Below are positions 19,299-29,943 of a DNA stretch of 64,000 nt, piece after piece. Source of the DNA: Candidatus Omnitrophota bacterium (lineage in GTDB: Bacteria > CAIJMQ01); assembly GCA_018812925.1 (NCBI GenBank), contig JAHJCU010000004.1, positions 101,621 to 165,620 on the forward strand, read 5' to 3'. A model generated the notes under the pieces. The model searched no databases and was not told the origin of the DNA. It saw only the letters and a list, made by a program, of their open reading frames with translations. How positions within the stretch are numbered: position 1 is the stretch's first letter; every line of letters starts with the position of its first letter. A program made the translations under genes and the position numbers.

Positions 19299-20051
19299 AT
19301 GTTAAAACTAACTCTAACGCCATCACCATTTTTTAGTAGAAATAAACAATTACCACAATATTACAAAGGTTTGCTTGCGAAATCAGATGTCAATCTCCAT
19401 GCTCAATTATTGGTGCATATAGAAAAGTTGATAGACGCTCATAAAGGAAAAATTTTTAGAGTTTTAGATTGGGGATGCGGAGAGGGTAGTTTTTCTCAAA
19501 GATTACACGATTTAGGTTGTGAAGTCATAGCAGTCGATATGAATAAGAAAGAATTTAAAGCAAGTGGTCCTAAATTCTATAAATTAAATTTTAATGCAAA
19601 GGATGAGGTAATCCAATTTATTAAAGAACATTCAGGGAAATTTGATCTCATTGTTTCCATAGAAGTAATTGAGCATGTTGAAAACCCCTGGGATTTTTTA
19701 CGTACTTTAAAGCAATTATGTTCATACTCGACTTACTTATTAATTACGACGCCCAATATTAGTTGTTGGTGGAGTAGGTTTTGGTTTTTGTTAACAGGGG
19801 AAATTTGGGGGTTTTGTGAGTTTTCCTGGTTAGAAATAGGCCATATTAACGCAATCCCTCAGGTAGAAATGGTTAATATTTTCCGTGAAATAGGATTCTC
19901 GCACATTGAAGTATTCTCCGGAGGCACTCTCCCAATTATTTGGGGATACAACTGGAAAAGATTATTAGTTAGTATTTTTTTCTTACCGTTACAATTCTTA
20001 ATTAAGAAAGAACAACGCGGTCTAGCATCCTGTTATCTTGTAAAAAGATGA
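19299..20051 (+). CDS. Class I SAM-dependent methyltransferase
   Basis: VLDWGCGEGSF motif I; DLIVSIEVIEHV. Confidence 0.7.
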   Translation: MLKLTLTPSPFFSRNKQLPQYYKGLLAKSDVNLHAQLLVHIEKLIDAHKGKIFRVLDWGCGEGSFSQRLHDLGCEVIAVDMNKKEFKASGPKFYKLNFNAKDEVIQFIKEHSGKFDLIVSIEVIEHVENPWDFLRTLKQLCSYSTYLLITTPNISCWWSRFWFLLTGEIWGFCEFSWLEIGHINAIPQVEMVNIFREIGFSHIEVFSGGTLPIIWGYNWKRLLVSIFFLPLQFLIKKEQRGLASCYLVKR

Positions 20052-20105
20052 GGAGAATACGTCTTGAATAAGTATTACCATGTAAAATGAGACGTTTGTA
20101 TTTTT

Positions 20106-21203
20106 ATGCAAAAAATAATGTTTATTATTTCTTCTTTGGGTATAGGAGGAGTAGAAAAAATAGTTATTAATATACTTAAAAATCTAGACGAAAATAAATT
20201 TTCTCCCACTCTTGTTCTACTTGCTTCAGATACAACTTTGCAGGGGGAACTTCCTGACAATATTTCTATTATAAAATTAGGTATAGAAGGCCATTTTGCT
20301 ACTTTACGTCTAATCTTGCCATTGGCAAGAATAATTCAGAGAGAAAAACCTCAAACAATAGTCTCTTTTATGTGGGGAATTAACTTAATTGTTCTGTTAA
20401 CTAAATTTTTTATATGTTCCTCAGTTAAAATAATTCTTTCAGAGCGAATTCATTTGGGGAAGGATATCCCAAATTATAAATTCTCTTTTCTACGTAGGTT
20501 CCTGGTTAAAAAATTTTATCCTCAATCTGGAGCTATTATTGCTATATCTTCAGGTATTAAACAGAATCTTATAGACGAATTTGGAATTCCGGAAGAAAAA
20601 ATAAGGGTTATCCATAATGGAATTGACTTGGGAAATATAGAAACTTTGGCAAAAGCTCTTTTTCAGCCCACTTTTAAAGAATATATTATTGCTGTAGGGA
20701 GATTGGAAAAACAAAAAAATTATTCTCTTCTATTAAAAGTTTTTGCGAAAGTTAATAAAAAACATGATATAGGATTAGTAATCCTCGGGGAAGGTAAAGA
20801 GAGAAAAAACCTTAAGATCCTTATCCGAGAGTTAGGATTAGATGGAAAAGTTTTGATGCCCGGAGTAGTAGATAATCCTTATTCTTGGCTGGCTCATGGA
20901 AAAGTTTTTGTGCTTTGTTCAAAATATGAAGGATTCGGTAATGTAATTATAGAGGCAATGGCTTGTAAAATACCCGTAGTAGCTACAAATTGTCCTTCTG
21001 GACCAGGAGAGATAATAAATGATGGAGTAACCGGTCTTTTAGTGGAAAATAACAATGTTGAAAAATTAGAAGTGGCGATATTAAAATTTTTAAATAATCC
21101 TTCTTTGGTAAAAGAAATAAGTGAAAAGGCTTTCGCGGAAGTCAAACAATGGGATATAAAACAAGTCACTAAAGATTATGAAACAGTGATTCAATCTATT
21201 TAG
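20106..21203 (+). CDS. Glycosyltransferase family 4
   Basis: EGFGNVIIEAMACKIPVVAT signature. Confidence 0.8.
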   Translation: MQKIMFIISSLGIGGVEKIVINILKNLDENKFSPTLVLLASDTTLQGELPDNISIIKLGIEGHFATLRLILPLARIIQREKPQTIVSFMWGINLIVLLTKFFICSSVKIILSERIHLGKDIPNYKFSFLRRFLVKKFYPQSGAIIAISSGIKQNLIDEFGIPEEKIRVIHNGIDLGNIETLAKALFQPTFKEYIIAVGRLEKQKNYSLLLKVFAKVNKKHDIGLVILGEGKERKNLKILIRELGLDGKVLMPGVVDNPYSWLAHGKVFVLCSKYEGFGNVIIEAMACKIPVVATNCPSGPGEIINDGVTGLLVENNNVEKLEVAILKFLNNPSLVKEISEKAFAEVKQWDIKQVTKDYETVIQSI

Positions 21204-21217
21204 GAGGTACATAGAAT

Positions 21218-22018
21218 ATGAAAAAAGAAGAAATTACCTTTTCTTTTGGTAAGAATTGGGAGGAATTTATCAAAAAAAGTTTCAGCCAAGAAAGAATAGA
21301 AATATCCAAAAACTATATTTTAGATTTTCTGGAACTACCTGATTTATCAGATAAATACTTTTTAGACGTTGGTTGCGGCAGTGGACTTTCTTCTTTAGCG
21401 GCATTAGAAGCAGGAGCAAAAAAGATTGTCAGTTTTGATGTTGACTCTTATTCTGTGAAGACTACTGAAAAATTACGTCAAATGAGAGGAAATCCTACAA
21501 ACTGGATTGTTTTAGGAGGGTCTATTCTGAATAAAACTTTCCTTTCGAATATAGAACCCGCAGATATTGTCTACTCATGGGGAGTCCTTCATCATACTGG
21601 GAAAATTTGGGAGGCATTGGAGAATACTTCTAAATTAATGAAAAAAGATGGGTTCTTCTATATTGCTCTCTATACAACAACAAACAAATCAGCCTATTGG
21701 CTTGAAACCAAGAAGAGATACAATAGAGCATCAACATTAGAGAAAAAGTGGATGCAACTCGCATATATTATTCGTTATACAATTATCCCTCAATTATTTA
21801 GACTAAAGAATCCTTTGCCTTATCTTCGTAATTACAAAAAAAGTCGAGGAATGTCCTATTTGACGGATGTCAAAGATTGGCTTGGAGGATATCCTTATGA
21901 GGATGCGAAAATTGAGGAAGTATTGAGATTTTGCCGCAAGAAACTCTCTTTTGAACTTATAAACATCAAGACAGGGGAAGCATGTACTGAATATCTATTC
22001 CAAAAGAGACAAATATAA
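21218..22018 (+). CDS. Class I SAM-dependent methyltransferase
   Basis: FLDVGCGSGLSS motif I. Confidence 0.7.
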   Translation: MKKEEITFSFGKNWEEFIKKSFSQERIEISKNYILDFLELPDLSDKYFLDVGCGSGLSSLAALEAGAKKIVSFDVDSYSVKTTEKLRQMRGNPTNWIVLGGSILNKTFLSNIEPADIVYSWGVLHHTGKIWEALENTSKLMKKDGFFYIALYTTTNKSAYWLETKKRYNRASTLEKKWMQLAYIIRYTIIPQLFRLKNPLPYLRNYKKSRGMSYLTDVKDWLGGYPYEDAKIEEVLRFCRKKLSFELINIKTGEACTEYLFQKRQI

Positions 22019-22020
22019 AA

Positions 22021-23907
22021 ATGTGCGGAATATGCGGATTTTTGAATAAAAAAATTCTTTCCTCTGAAGTTTTGGAGAAAATGAATGACGAGTTGGCTCA
22101 TCGGGGACCTGATGATAGAGGTATATATTTAAATACAATTCCTAATTACCAATTACCAATTACCAATGATACTTTTCAAGTGGGGTTGGGGAATAGGAGG
22201 CTTTCTATTATTGACCTTACGGAACACGGTCATCAGCCAATGTGCAATGAAAAGAGAGATGTCTGGATAGTTTTTAACGGGGAAATCTATAATTTTCAGG
22301 AATTAAAAAAAGAATTAGAGGGCAAAGGACATAAGTTCAAAGGAAGGTCTGATACCGAAGTTATTTTGCATTCTTATGAACAATGGGGTGTAGATTGTTT
22401 GCAAAGATTCAACGGCATGTTTGCTTTTGCTATTTGGGACCAGAAGAAAAAAACACTTTTTATAGCAAGAGACAGAGTTGGTATTAAGCCGCTGTATTAT
22501 TATTTTAAAGACGGGAATTTCGCTTTTTCTTCCGAATTAAAGTCCCTGCTGAAGTATCCCTTATTTGAAAAAGAATTAAACAAAAAGAGTTTATATTATT
22601 ATCTTCTTTTTCAGTATGTTCCAACCCCTTATTCTATATTCGAAAATACTTGGAAACTACTGCCCGGTCATTATTTAATATTAAGAGAAGGTAGGGGTGT
22701 TAAGATTAAGAAATATTGGGATATCTTGGGTAAAAGAGAAGTGATAAGAAAAAAAAATGTTCAAGAATATATGGAAGAATTTGAAAGTTTGCTTAAAAGC
22801 TCTATTAAATATCGACTTATAAGCGATGTCCCTGTAGGCGCATTTTTGTCCGGCGGCACAGATTCTAGCTTAGTAGTAGCTTCAATGGCTCAATTAACAG
22901 ATAAAGTAGAAACATTCACTATCGGTTTCGAAGAAAAAAAATACAATGAAGCTCCATATGCAAAAGAAATAGCTAATTATTTAGGTACAAAACATCACGA
23001 ACTTTATTTTAAAGAGAAAGATATATTCTCGCTTATTAGAGATTTGCCCCAATATTACGATGAACCTTTCGGCGATTCTTCTTCCCTGCCAACGTACTTG
23101 GTTTCCCGTCTTGCAAAAGAAAAAGGTGTTAAGGTGGTTCTTTCCGGAGACGGAGGGGACGAATTATTTTGCGGATATAATCGTTATATATGGATGAATA
23201 GAATGCAAAATATTCTACTATTACCTGCAATTATCAGAGAAAAAGTTGCGCCTTTATTAGGAAACATCCCCTATCTAAAACTGCGGCGAATATCTCAAAT
23301 TTTGCAATACAAAGACCTTCTCCAAATGTATTTGAGCGTAGTAGATATGTGGTCCGAAAAAGAACTTGAAAAACTTTTAGGAGAAAATTATTCCTATGAA
23401 GAATTGCCTTTTTCCAAAGTTTATAAAAAAGTTAATGCATCGCATTTACTTGAAAAATTACAACTTGTAGATTTTCATACATATTTGCCCGAAGATATAC
23501 TTACCAAAGTAGATAGAGCTTCTATGGCGGTATCACTTGAGACAAGAGTGCCATTATTAGACCACAGAATAGCAGAGTTTGCGTATAGCTTGCCTTTGGA
23601 TTTACGCTATAGACAAGGGATAAGAAAGTATCTATTGAAAAAAGTGCTTTACAAAGAACTTCCAGCCAAATTTTTTAGACGACCCAAACAAGGATTTGGG
23701 ATTCCGCTTGATCAATGGTTAAGAGGAGGTGTTAAGCCTTATATTGACGAATATTTGAATACTGGGAGAATAAAAAAAGAAGAGTTGTTTAACCCTGAAT
23801 TTGTGAAAGAACTTATTAAAAAACACTTAAGCGGTAAATATAATTATCAATATCCTATATGGACTTTGCTCCAATTCCAATTGTGGAAAGAAAAATACCT
23901 TACCTGA
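22021..23907 (+). CDS. asnB: Asparagine synthase (glutamine-hydrolysing) family amidotransferase
   Basis: N-terminal MCGI nucleophile; SGGTDSS PP-loop; 628 aa. Confidence 0.85.
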   Translation: MCGICGFLNKKILSSEVLEKMNDELAHRGPDDRGIYLNTIPNYQLPITNDTFQVGLGNRRLSIIDLTEHGHQPMCNEKRDVWIVFNGEIYNFQELKKELEGKGHKFKGRSDTEVILHSYEQWGVDCLQRFNGMFAFAIWDQKKKTLFIARDRVGIKPLYYYFKDGNFAFSSELKSLLKYPLFEKELNKKSLYYYLLFQYVPTPYSIFENTWKLLPGHYLILREGRGVKIKKYWDILGKREVIRKKNVQEYMEEFESLLKSSIKYRLISDVPVGAFLSGGTDSSLVVASMAQLTDKVETFTIGFEEKKYNEAPYAKEIANYLGTKHHELYFKEKDIFSLIRDLPQYYDEPFGDSSSLPTYLVSRLAKEKGVKVVLSGDGGDELFCGYNRYIWMNRMQNILLLPAIIREKVAPLLGNIPYLKLRRISQILQYKDLLQMYLSVVDMWSEKELEKLLGENYSYEELPFSKVYKKVNASHLLEKLQLVDFHTYLPEDILTKVDRASMAVSLETRVPLLDHRIAEFAYSLPLDLRYRQGIRKYLLKKVLYKELPAKFFRRPKQGFGIPLDQWLRGGVKPYIDEYLNTGRIKKEELFNPEFVKELIKKHLSGKYNYQYPIWTLLQFQLWKEKYLT

Positions 23908-23917
23908 TAAGTTAACT

Positions 23918-25042
23918 ATGGATAAAATCAATATTTTATATCTGATTGCCACTTTAGATATCGGTGGAGCAGAGAGACAATTGGTAGAACTTGTAAAGCG
24001 AATTGATAAAAAGAAATTTAATCCGATAGTTTGTTGTTTGACAAGAGGCGGTCCTTTAGAGCAAGAATTAAAAGAAACAAGAGTTGAATATTTTATTTTA
24101 GGTAAAAAATTCAAATTTGATTTCTCGGTAATTTTTAAACTTATTTCTATCTTAAAACAAAAAAATATTCATATTCTGCATACATGGATGTTCACCTCAA
24201 ATTCTTTTGGAAGGATGGCGGGAATTGTTTCTCAAACCCCGATAATGATTGCATCGGAAAGGTGTGTTGACCTTTGGAAAAACGGATTACATCTTCTCAT
24301 AGATAAAACACTGGCAAATTTTACAGACAAGATAATATGTGTCTCTGAAGCGGTAAAAAACTTTTATCATAATGATGCCTATATACCGTTAGACAAAATG
24401 ATAACGATTTATAACGGGATTAAAATAGATGATGAAGTAAATATAGATAAAGAAAAGAAAAAAAAGGAATTCGGTGCTATAGGAAAAGACAATATTGTAA
24501 CTACTGTCGGTCGGCTTGCTCCTCAAAAAGGCATCGAATATTTACTATATGCAGTTCCTAAAATTTTAGAATCTATGTCCAAAATAAAATTTTTAATCGT
24601 TGGGGAAGGCACTGAAAAGAATAAACTAAAGAAATTAGCAGATAAACTGAATATTTCCCGGAATATAATTTTTACAGGATTGAGAAATGATGTTAACGAA
24701 ATTTTAACAATAACGGATATATTCGTTCTACCATCTATTTTTGAAGGACTGCCAAATGTTATTATGGAGGTAATGCTTTCAAAAAAGCCGGTTATTGCAA
24801 CTCGTATACCCGGCACTGATGAATTGGTAGTAGATGGAGAAACAGGGATATTAGTTCCCCCAAAAGACGCCGAATCTTTAGCATCTGCAATTATTAATGT
24901 TTTGAAAAATCCGGCAAAAGCAAAGGAAATGGGAATTAACGGTAGAAAAAGAGTAGAAAAATATTTTTCCATAGATAAAACGGTTAGAAAAACAGAAGAA
25001 TTGTATGAGACGCTAATCAGAACGAAAATTAAACAGCTATAA
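23918..25042 (+). CDS. Glycosyltransferase family 4
   Basis: EGLPNVIMEVMLSKKPVIAT signature. Confidence 0.8.
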   Translation: MDKINILYLIATLDIGGAERQLVELVKRIDKKKFNPIVCCLTRGGPLEQELKETRVEYFILGKKFKFDFSVIFKLISILKQKNIHILHTWMFTSNSFGRMAGIVSQTPIMIASERCVDLWKNGLHLLIDKTLANFTDKIICVSEAVKNFYHNDAYIPLDKMITIYNGIKIDDEVNIDKEKKKKEFGAIGKDNIVTTVGRLAPQKGIEYLLYAVPKILESMSKIKFLIVGEGTEKNKLKKLADKLNISRNIIFTGLRNDVNEILTITDIFVLPSIFEGLPNVIMEVMLSKKPVIATRIPGTDELVVDGETGILVPPKDAESLASAIINVLKNPAKAKEMGINGRKRVEKYFSIDKTVRKTEELYETLIRTKIKQL

Positions 25043-25043
25043 A

Positions 25044-26258
25044 ATGGATAACTTCAAAAAAAAAGAATTAATGTTTCTAATTTTTATTTTCTGTTTTGCT
25101 TTTGCTTTAAGAGTTTCTTATTGTTTCTTTTTCAAAGAAAATATTCTTCATATTCAAACGCATATATTCGGCGATACTCAAGATTATATCCAGATTGCGA
25201 ATAATTTCCTTTCCGGAAAGGGGTTGATAAGCTCTCCTGACAGGATTGCATATCGCCCTCCTCTGTATCCTTTATTTCTCTCGGGGGTTTACTATCTGTT
25301 CGGAAACGGTTATTGGCCTATAAGGATAATTCAATCTATTTTAGATGCCTTGACCTGTGTAATGGTTTATTTTCTGGGGAGAATGGTATTAAATAAGCAA
25401 ACGGGAGAAATAGCTTCCTTTATTTGCGTCATCTATCCTTTCTTTATTTTTTTTACCGGTTTTGAACTGACAGAAACATTATTTATTTTCTTATTGTTGA
25501 CCACTATTTATCTCTTTCAGAGAACCAAAAAAAATCCAAACTGCAGAAATATGATTATTACCGGAATTTCACTTGGGATGTCGATACTTTGTCATCCCTC
25601 ACTTACTATGTTTGTTTTTGTTTTATTAATTACTTTAGCTATCTCTGCTCTTTGGAGAGGATGGGAAAACCGATTTAAAATTATTGGTATTGTCTTAACG
25701 GTAACTATTTTAACCATTTTACCGTGGTCAGTTAGAAATTTTTATCATTTTAAAAAGTTTGTTCCACTAACCACTATGTCGGGTAGAACTTTCTGGGAGG
25801 GCAACAATCCATATTCCTCAGGAGGACCTTGCCAATATTGGCCTGAAGAAATACAAAATCTTTCTGAAGTGGAATCAGATAAATATTTAACAAAGACTAC
25901 TATTAAAGTGATAAAGGAAGATCCAACTAGATTTTTAAAACTTCTAGTAATAAAATTCACCCGTTTCTGGAATGTGAAGCCAAATTACGAAGGTTTTTCT
26001 TCCCCCCTATATAATTTAATTAGTATTTTCTCCTATATTCCGATAATGGTTACATCAATCTGGGGAATGTTTCTTACAAAAAAAATCTGGAGAAGTTTCC
26101 TAATCTTTTATCTATTATTTATTTCTTTTACTTTTACTTCTATGATTTTTGTTGGGTCTATTCGCTATAGAACCCCTATCATGCCTTTCATGATTATCTT
26201 TTCTGCATATACTTTGAAATGGATATATAATAAGACCTTTTCATTAGCAAAAAAATGA
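25044..26258 (+). CDS. GT-C fold membrane glycosyltransferase (family 39/83, ArnT/PMT-like)
   Basis: Polytopic membrane protein with an early loop acidic motif; architecture typical of polyprenyl-phosphate-sugar dependent transferases. Confidence 0.5.
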   Translation: MDNFKKKELMFLIFIFCFAFALRVSYCFFFKENILHIQTHIFGDTQDYIQIANNFLSGKGLISSPDRIAYRPPLYPLFLSGVYYLFGNGYWPIRIIQSILDALTCVMVYFLGRMVLNKQTGEIASFICVIYPFFIFFTGFELTETLFIFLLLTTIYLFQRTKKNPNCRNMIITGISLGMSILCHPSLTMFVFVLLITLAISALWRGWENRFKIIGIVLTVTILTILPWSVRNFYHFKKFVPLTTMSGRTFWEGNNPYSSGGPCQYWPEEIQNLSEVESDKYLTKTTIKVIKEDPTRFLKLLVIKFTRFWNVKPNYEGFSSPLYNLISIFSYIPIMVTSIWGMFLTKKIWRSFLIFYLLFISFTFTSMIFVGSIRYRTPIMPFMIIFSAYTLKWIYNKTFSLAKK

Positions 26259-26944
26259 GACTATCCGTAATTATTCCAACCTTTAATGAACTTGGCACCA
26301 TAGAAGAAGTTATTAATAGGGTTCAACAAGTTTCAGCCCAGAAGGAAATTATAATCGTTGATGATGGTTCCACTGATGGTACAAAAAAGATTCTAAAAAG
26401 CTTTAATATGGATAATATTACGGTTATCTATCACAACCGCAATATGGGTAAAGGACAAGCAATAAGAACAGCATTGCCAGTAACTACGGGAGATATTATT
26501 ATTATTCAAGATGCAGACTTAGAATATAATCCTGAAGAATATCTTAAACTAATTGAACCAATAGAAAAAGGCAAAACAGAAGTTGTTTATGGTTCAAGGA
26601 TATTAGATGGAAAGTTTAAATCTGTATCTTTTCAAAATTTTATCTTTTATCTTGGTGGAAAAAGCTTATCCATGCTTACAAATTTTTTATACAGAGCTAA
26701 TATAACCGATGAGCCAACTTGCTATAAAGTTTTTAAATCAGATATTTTAAAATCATTAAATCTTAAATGCAAGGGCTTTGAGTTTTGTCCTGAAGTTACT
26801 GCAAAAATATTGAGGCAAGGAATAAAAATTCATGAGGTTCCTATATCCTGTAATCCCAGAACAATTAAGGAAGGCAAAAAAATAAGATTGAAGGATTGGT
26901 TCGTTGCTATTTGGATTTTAATAAAATACCGATTCAAGAAATAA
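26255..26944 (+). CDS. Glycosyltransferase family 2 (polyprenyl-phosphate sugar synthase-like, DPM1/ArnC type)
   Basis: LSVIIPTFNE and IIVDDGSTDGT motifs, DAD-like motif QDADLEY; start overlaps the previous gene. Confidence 0.8.
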   Translation: MRLSVIIPTFNELGTIEEVINRVQQVSAQKEIIIVDDGSTDGTKKILKSFNMDNITVIYHNRNMGKGQAIRTALPVTTGDIIIIQDADLEYNPEEYLKLIEPIEKGKTEVVYGSRILDGKFKSVSFQNFIFYLGGKSLSMLTNFLYRANITDEPTCYKVFKSDILKSLNLKCKGFEFCPEVTAKILRQGIKIHEVPISCNPRTIKEGKKIRLKDWFVAIWILIKYRFKK

Positions 26945-26964
26945 CCATTGCTGTTTACTTACAA

Positions 26965-28656
26965 ATGGTCAAGATAAATTATAAAACAATTCTTTTTTTA
27001 ATACTTATATTGTCTCTTTTTTTAAATAGCTGGGGAATTAAATGGGGTCTACCCTCAAAAGAAAGAATTGCCCTGCTTCCGAAATTCGAGGATGTAAGTG
27101 CTTTGCTTCAAGAGAAAGAAGTTTTAACCGATAAAAACACCAGTTTAGTGGGGCTTATATCTAACTATGAGACCCTTCCCAAAATTACAAGAAGATTCTT
27201 GCTATACACACATCATCCAGACGAAATGTTGACAATTATGGCAATTACGAGGATGAATCCTTCTAAGCTTGATTTTAATCCGCATTTTTTCCAATATGGT
27301 GGAGTTTTCATTTATCCAATAGCCGCTAGTTTTAAAATCGGCTCTATTCTCGGCTATTTAGATGTTTCCAAAGGGTTAGATTATTTTTTAGACCATCCAG
27401 ACCAGATAGCTCGTTTTTATATAGTTGGAAGGTGGATAGTTGTTTTTTCTTGTTTATTATCTATTCTGGCTATTTATTTTGTTGTCTCTGCTATTGGAAA
27501 TAAAACCAGTGCCCTATTAGCCGCATTAATACTGACTATTCTTCCCTCGACTGTAATCTGGGCACATACTTTTAAGCCTCATATGTATGGGGTTTTCTTT
27601 GCTTTGATAAGTTTTTATTTTGCATTCAAGATATTAAAAGAGAGGCAATTAAGCCATTATATTTGGTCAGGTATTTTCGCAGGACTTTCAGCAGGGGCAG
27701 TAATAAATTACGGAATAATAATATTCCCATCCTTGCTAGCTGCACTGCTTTATTCTATACAGCATAAAGAAAGAATATATATCAAAGGATTGCTGTTTTT
27801 AGGTATCGGATTTATTTTTGCTTTCTTTATACCCAATTATTATTATCTTTTTTCTTTTAAGGAAGCGTTGAATGAATTCAGAGTACTCTCCGGTATGTGG
27901 GAATTTTCCCCTACTCCTGCTGTGTGGTTTGATTATCTAATTATCATGAAAGAAGTTATAGGAGCTTCTTTATTTTTTCTTATGATGGGTGGATTTATCT
28001 ATTCCCTTTATAAATCAATATGGCATAGGGATAAAATTCACATATTGTTATCTACAACAGCTTGTCTTTATTTTTTTCTTATAGGGTCATTGACCAGTTT
28101 AAACACAGCAGATATTGGAAGAATAAGATTCGGACTACTTCTTATCTCTATTCTCGTAATAATGACCGCACTATTTATAGTTTCTTTTCTAAACAGAATT
28201 CGACATAGACATTTAAAAGTTGTTTTTACGGCTATTCTTCTTGGTATTTTTCTTTTGACGCTCAGTAAAACAATTCTCTATGATTTAAACTTTTTTTATG
28301 ATTCCACCTCTCGTTCTACTCGGATGTTAGCCGGCAAGTGGATAAATAAAAATATTCCAGAGGGAAGTTCTATTCAACTTTGGCATTCTCCTGCTCCTTT
28401 TAATTCGCCTCCATTGAAATTTGATAATTATCAAATAATAGTTGAACCATTAAAAAACGTAGAGTATATTATAAGTTCTTATCAGCCAGAGTGGGATAAT
28501 AATCAAAATGATTATATATTGTTAAAGAGTTTTGAACCTATAACTTCCATATTGGGTTTTAAGCTAATCAACCCTTTTTATTTTTCAAATCACCTAGTTT
28601 CTATTTTTATTCGAAAAGATTTATATCCTGAAATGATAAGAATTTTGGAAGATTAA
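26965..28656 (+). CDS. Large polytopic membrane protein, possibly a second GT-C type glycosyltransferase
   Basis: Many TM helices; HHPDE loop motif; ATG at 26965 preferred over the track start 26896, which overlaps the GT2 gene. Confidence 0.4.
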   Translation: MVKINYKTILFLILILSLFLNSWGIKWGLPSKERIALLPKFEDVSALLQEKEVLTDKNTSLVGLISNYETLPKITRRFLLYTHHPDEMLTIMAITRMNPSKLDFNPHFFQYGGVFIYPIAASFKIGSILGYLDVSKGLDYFLDHPDQIARFYIVGRWIVVFSCLLSILAIYFVVSAIGNKTSALLAALILTILPSTVIWAHTFKPHMYGVFFALISFYFAFKILKERQLSHYIWSGIFAGLSAGAVINYGIIIFPSLLAALLYSIQHKERIYIKGLLFLGIGFIFAFFIPNYYYLFSFKEALNEFRVLSGMWEFSPTPAVWFDYLIIMKEVIGASLFFLMMGGFIYSLYKSIWHRDKIHILLSTTACLYFFLIGSLTSLNTADIGRIRFGLLLISILVIMTALFIVSFLNRIRHRHLKVVFTAILLGIFLLTLSKTILYDLNFFYDSTSRSTRMLAGKWINKNIPEGSSIQLWHSPAPFNSPPLKFDNYQIIVEPLKNVEYIISSYQPEWDNNQNDYILLKSFEPITSILGFKLINPFYFSNHLVSIFIRKDLYPEMIRILED

Positions 28657-28671
28657 TTACAAAAAAGGGTG

Positions 28672-29943
28672 TTATTCAGTTAGTGTTGTCTCGTAGTATT
28701 TTCTCTTTCCGACCGTTATTAAGGTGTTTTTTGATTTCGATAAAGCGATTTCACTTTTATGGTCGGTTATTTTTTCGTTGTCTATATAGACTGCACCTTG
28801 TTCTACCAATCGTCTTGCGTCAGAATTGCTTGCTGTGGCTTTGATGGTTGTCAGGAGACTGCAAATCCAGATTTTTCCTTCTTTTAGTTGGGAAGGCGAT
28901 ATCTTTTTAACTTCCGGTTTTATATGTTTTATTCTATCGTCTAAACTTTTACCAGGCGTATGTTTTGCGTCGAATGTTGTTTTTGCTTCCTCCGCATGTT
29001 TTTTATTATATAAATCTTGGACTATTGTGCAGGCAAGTTTTTCTTTTATTTGCTTTGGATTTTCTTTTTTTAAAGAAATTTCTATATCTTTAATGTCTTC
29101 ACTTTTTAAGAATGTTAAAAGTTTAAAATATCTTAGAATAAGCTCGTCCGGTATCGACATGATTTTGCCGTATATATTTTCAGGCATTTCGGATACTCCT
29201 ACATAATTGCCTAAAGACTTGCTCATTTTTTGTTTTCCGTCTAGTCCTTCCAATATCGGCATGGTAATGACAACTTGGGGTTCTTGCCCATATTTTTTTT
29301 GAAGAGTTCGTCCCATTAAAAGGTTAAACTTTTGTTCTGTTGCGCCGATTTCCACATCTGCTTTAAGAACAACTGAATCGTATCCTTGAATTAACGGATA
29401 TATGAACTCGAGCATTCTTATGTCTTTGCCGTTTTCCATTCTTTTCTTAAATTCATTTCTCTGCAATGTTTGGGATACGGATTGAAAAGAAAATAATTGC
29501 ATTAATCCGTCAAACTTCATGTTTTCAAGCCAAGCTGAGTTGTAAACAACTTCTGTTTTCTGTTTATCCAAAATTTTAAAAACCTGCTCTTTATATGTGG
29601 TGGAATTTTTCTTTATTTCTTCTACGGATAATTTTGGCCGCGTGGTGTCTTTACCGGAAGGGTCGCCTATTCTTGCAGTAAAATCTCCTATGATGAATAT
29701 GACTATATGCCCCAAATCCTGAAACTGGCGCAATTTTCTTAAGACTACGGTATGACCAAGATGAATGTCGGGAGCAGACGGATCAGCGCCCCACTTTATC
29801 CTTAAAGGAGTTTTTGTCTTACTTGATTTTTCCAGTTTCCTCAGGAGTTCGTCTTCAGGAATAACTTCTTCTGTATTTTTTTTAATAGTTTCAAACTGTT
29901 TTTTAATATTCATATTTTCAAAGTTGTAAATTTTTACAATCAT
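28672..29943 (-). CDS. tyrS: Tyrosine--tRNA ligase
   Basis: HIGH-type motif (IHLGH), KMSKS motif, C-terminal S4-like domain. Confidence 0.9.
   Translation of the reverse strand: MIVKIYNFENMNIKKQFETIKKNTEEVIPEDELLRKLEKSSKTKTPLRIKWGADPSAPDIHLGHTVVLRKLRQFQDLGHIVIFIIGDFTARIGDPSGKDTTRPKLSVEEIKKNSTTYKEQVFKILDKQKTEVVYNSAWLENMKFDGLMQLFSFQSVSQTLQRNEFKKRMENGKDIRMLEFIYPLIQGYDSVVLKADVEIGATEQKFNLLMGRTLQKKYGQEPQVVITMPILEGLDGKQKMSKSLGNYVGVSEMPENIYGKIMSIPDELILRYFKLLTFLKSEDIKDIEISLKKENPKQIKEKLACTIVQDLYNKKHAEEAKTTFDAKHTPGKSLDDRIKHIKPEVKKISPSQLKEGKIWICSLLTTIKATASNSDARRLVEQGAVYIDNEKITDHKSEIALSKSKNTLITVGKRKYYETTLTE

Noticed and set aside
26896-26964. Track start of the 586-aa membrane protein at 26896, overlapping the GT2 gene by about 50 nt
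   Set aside because: The in-frame ATG at 26965 begins a plausible N-terminus (MVKINYKT...) immediately after the GT2 stop; the upstream extension is probably not translated.
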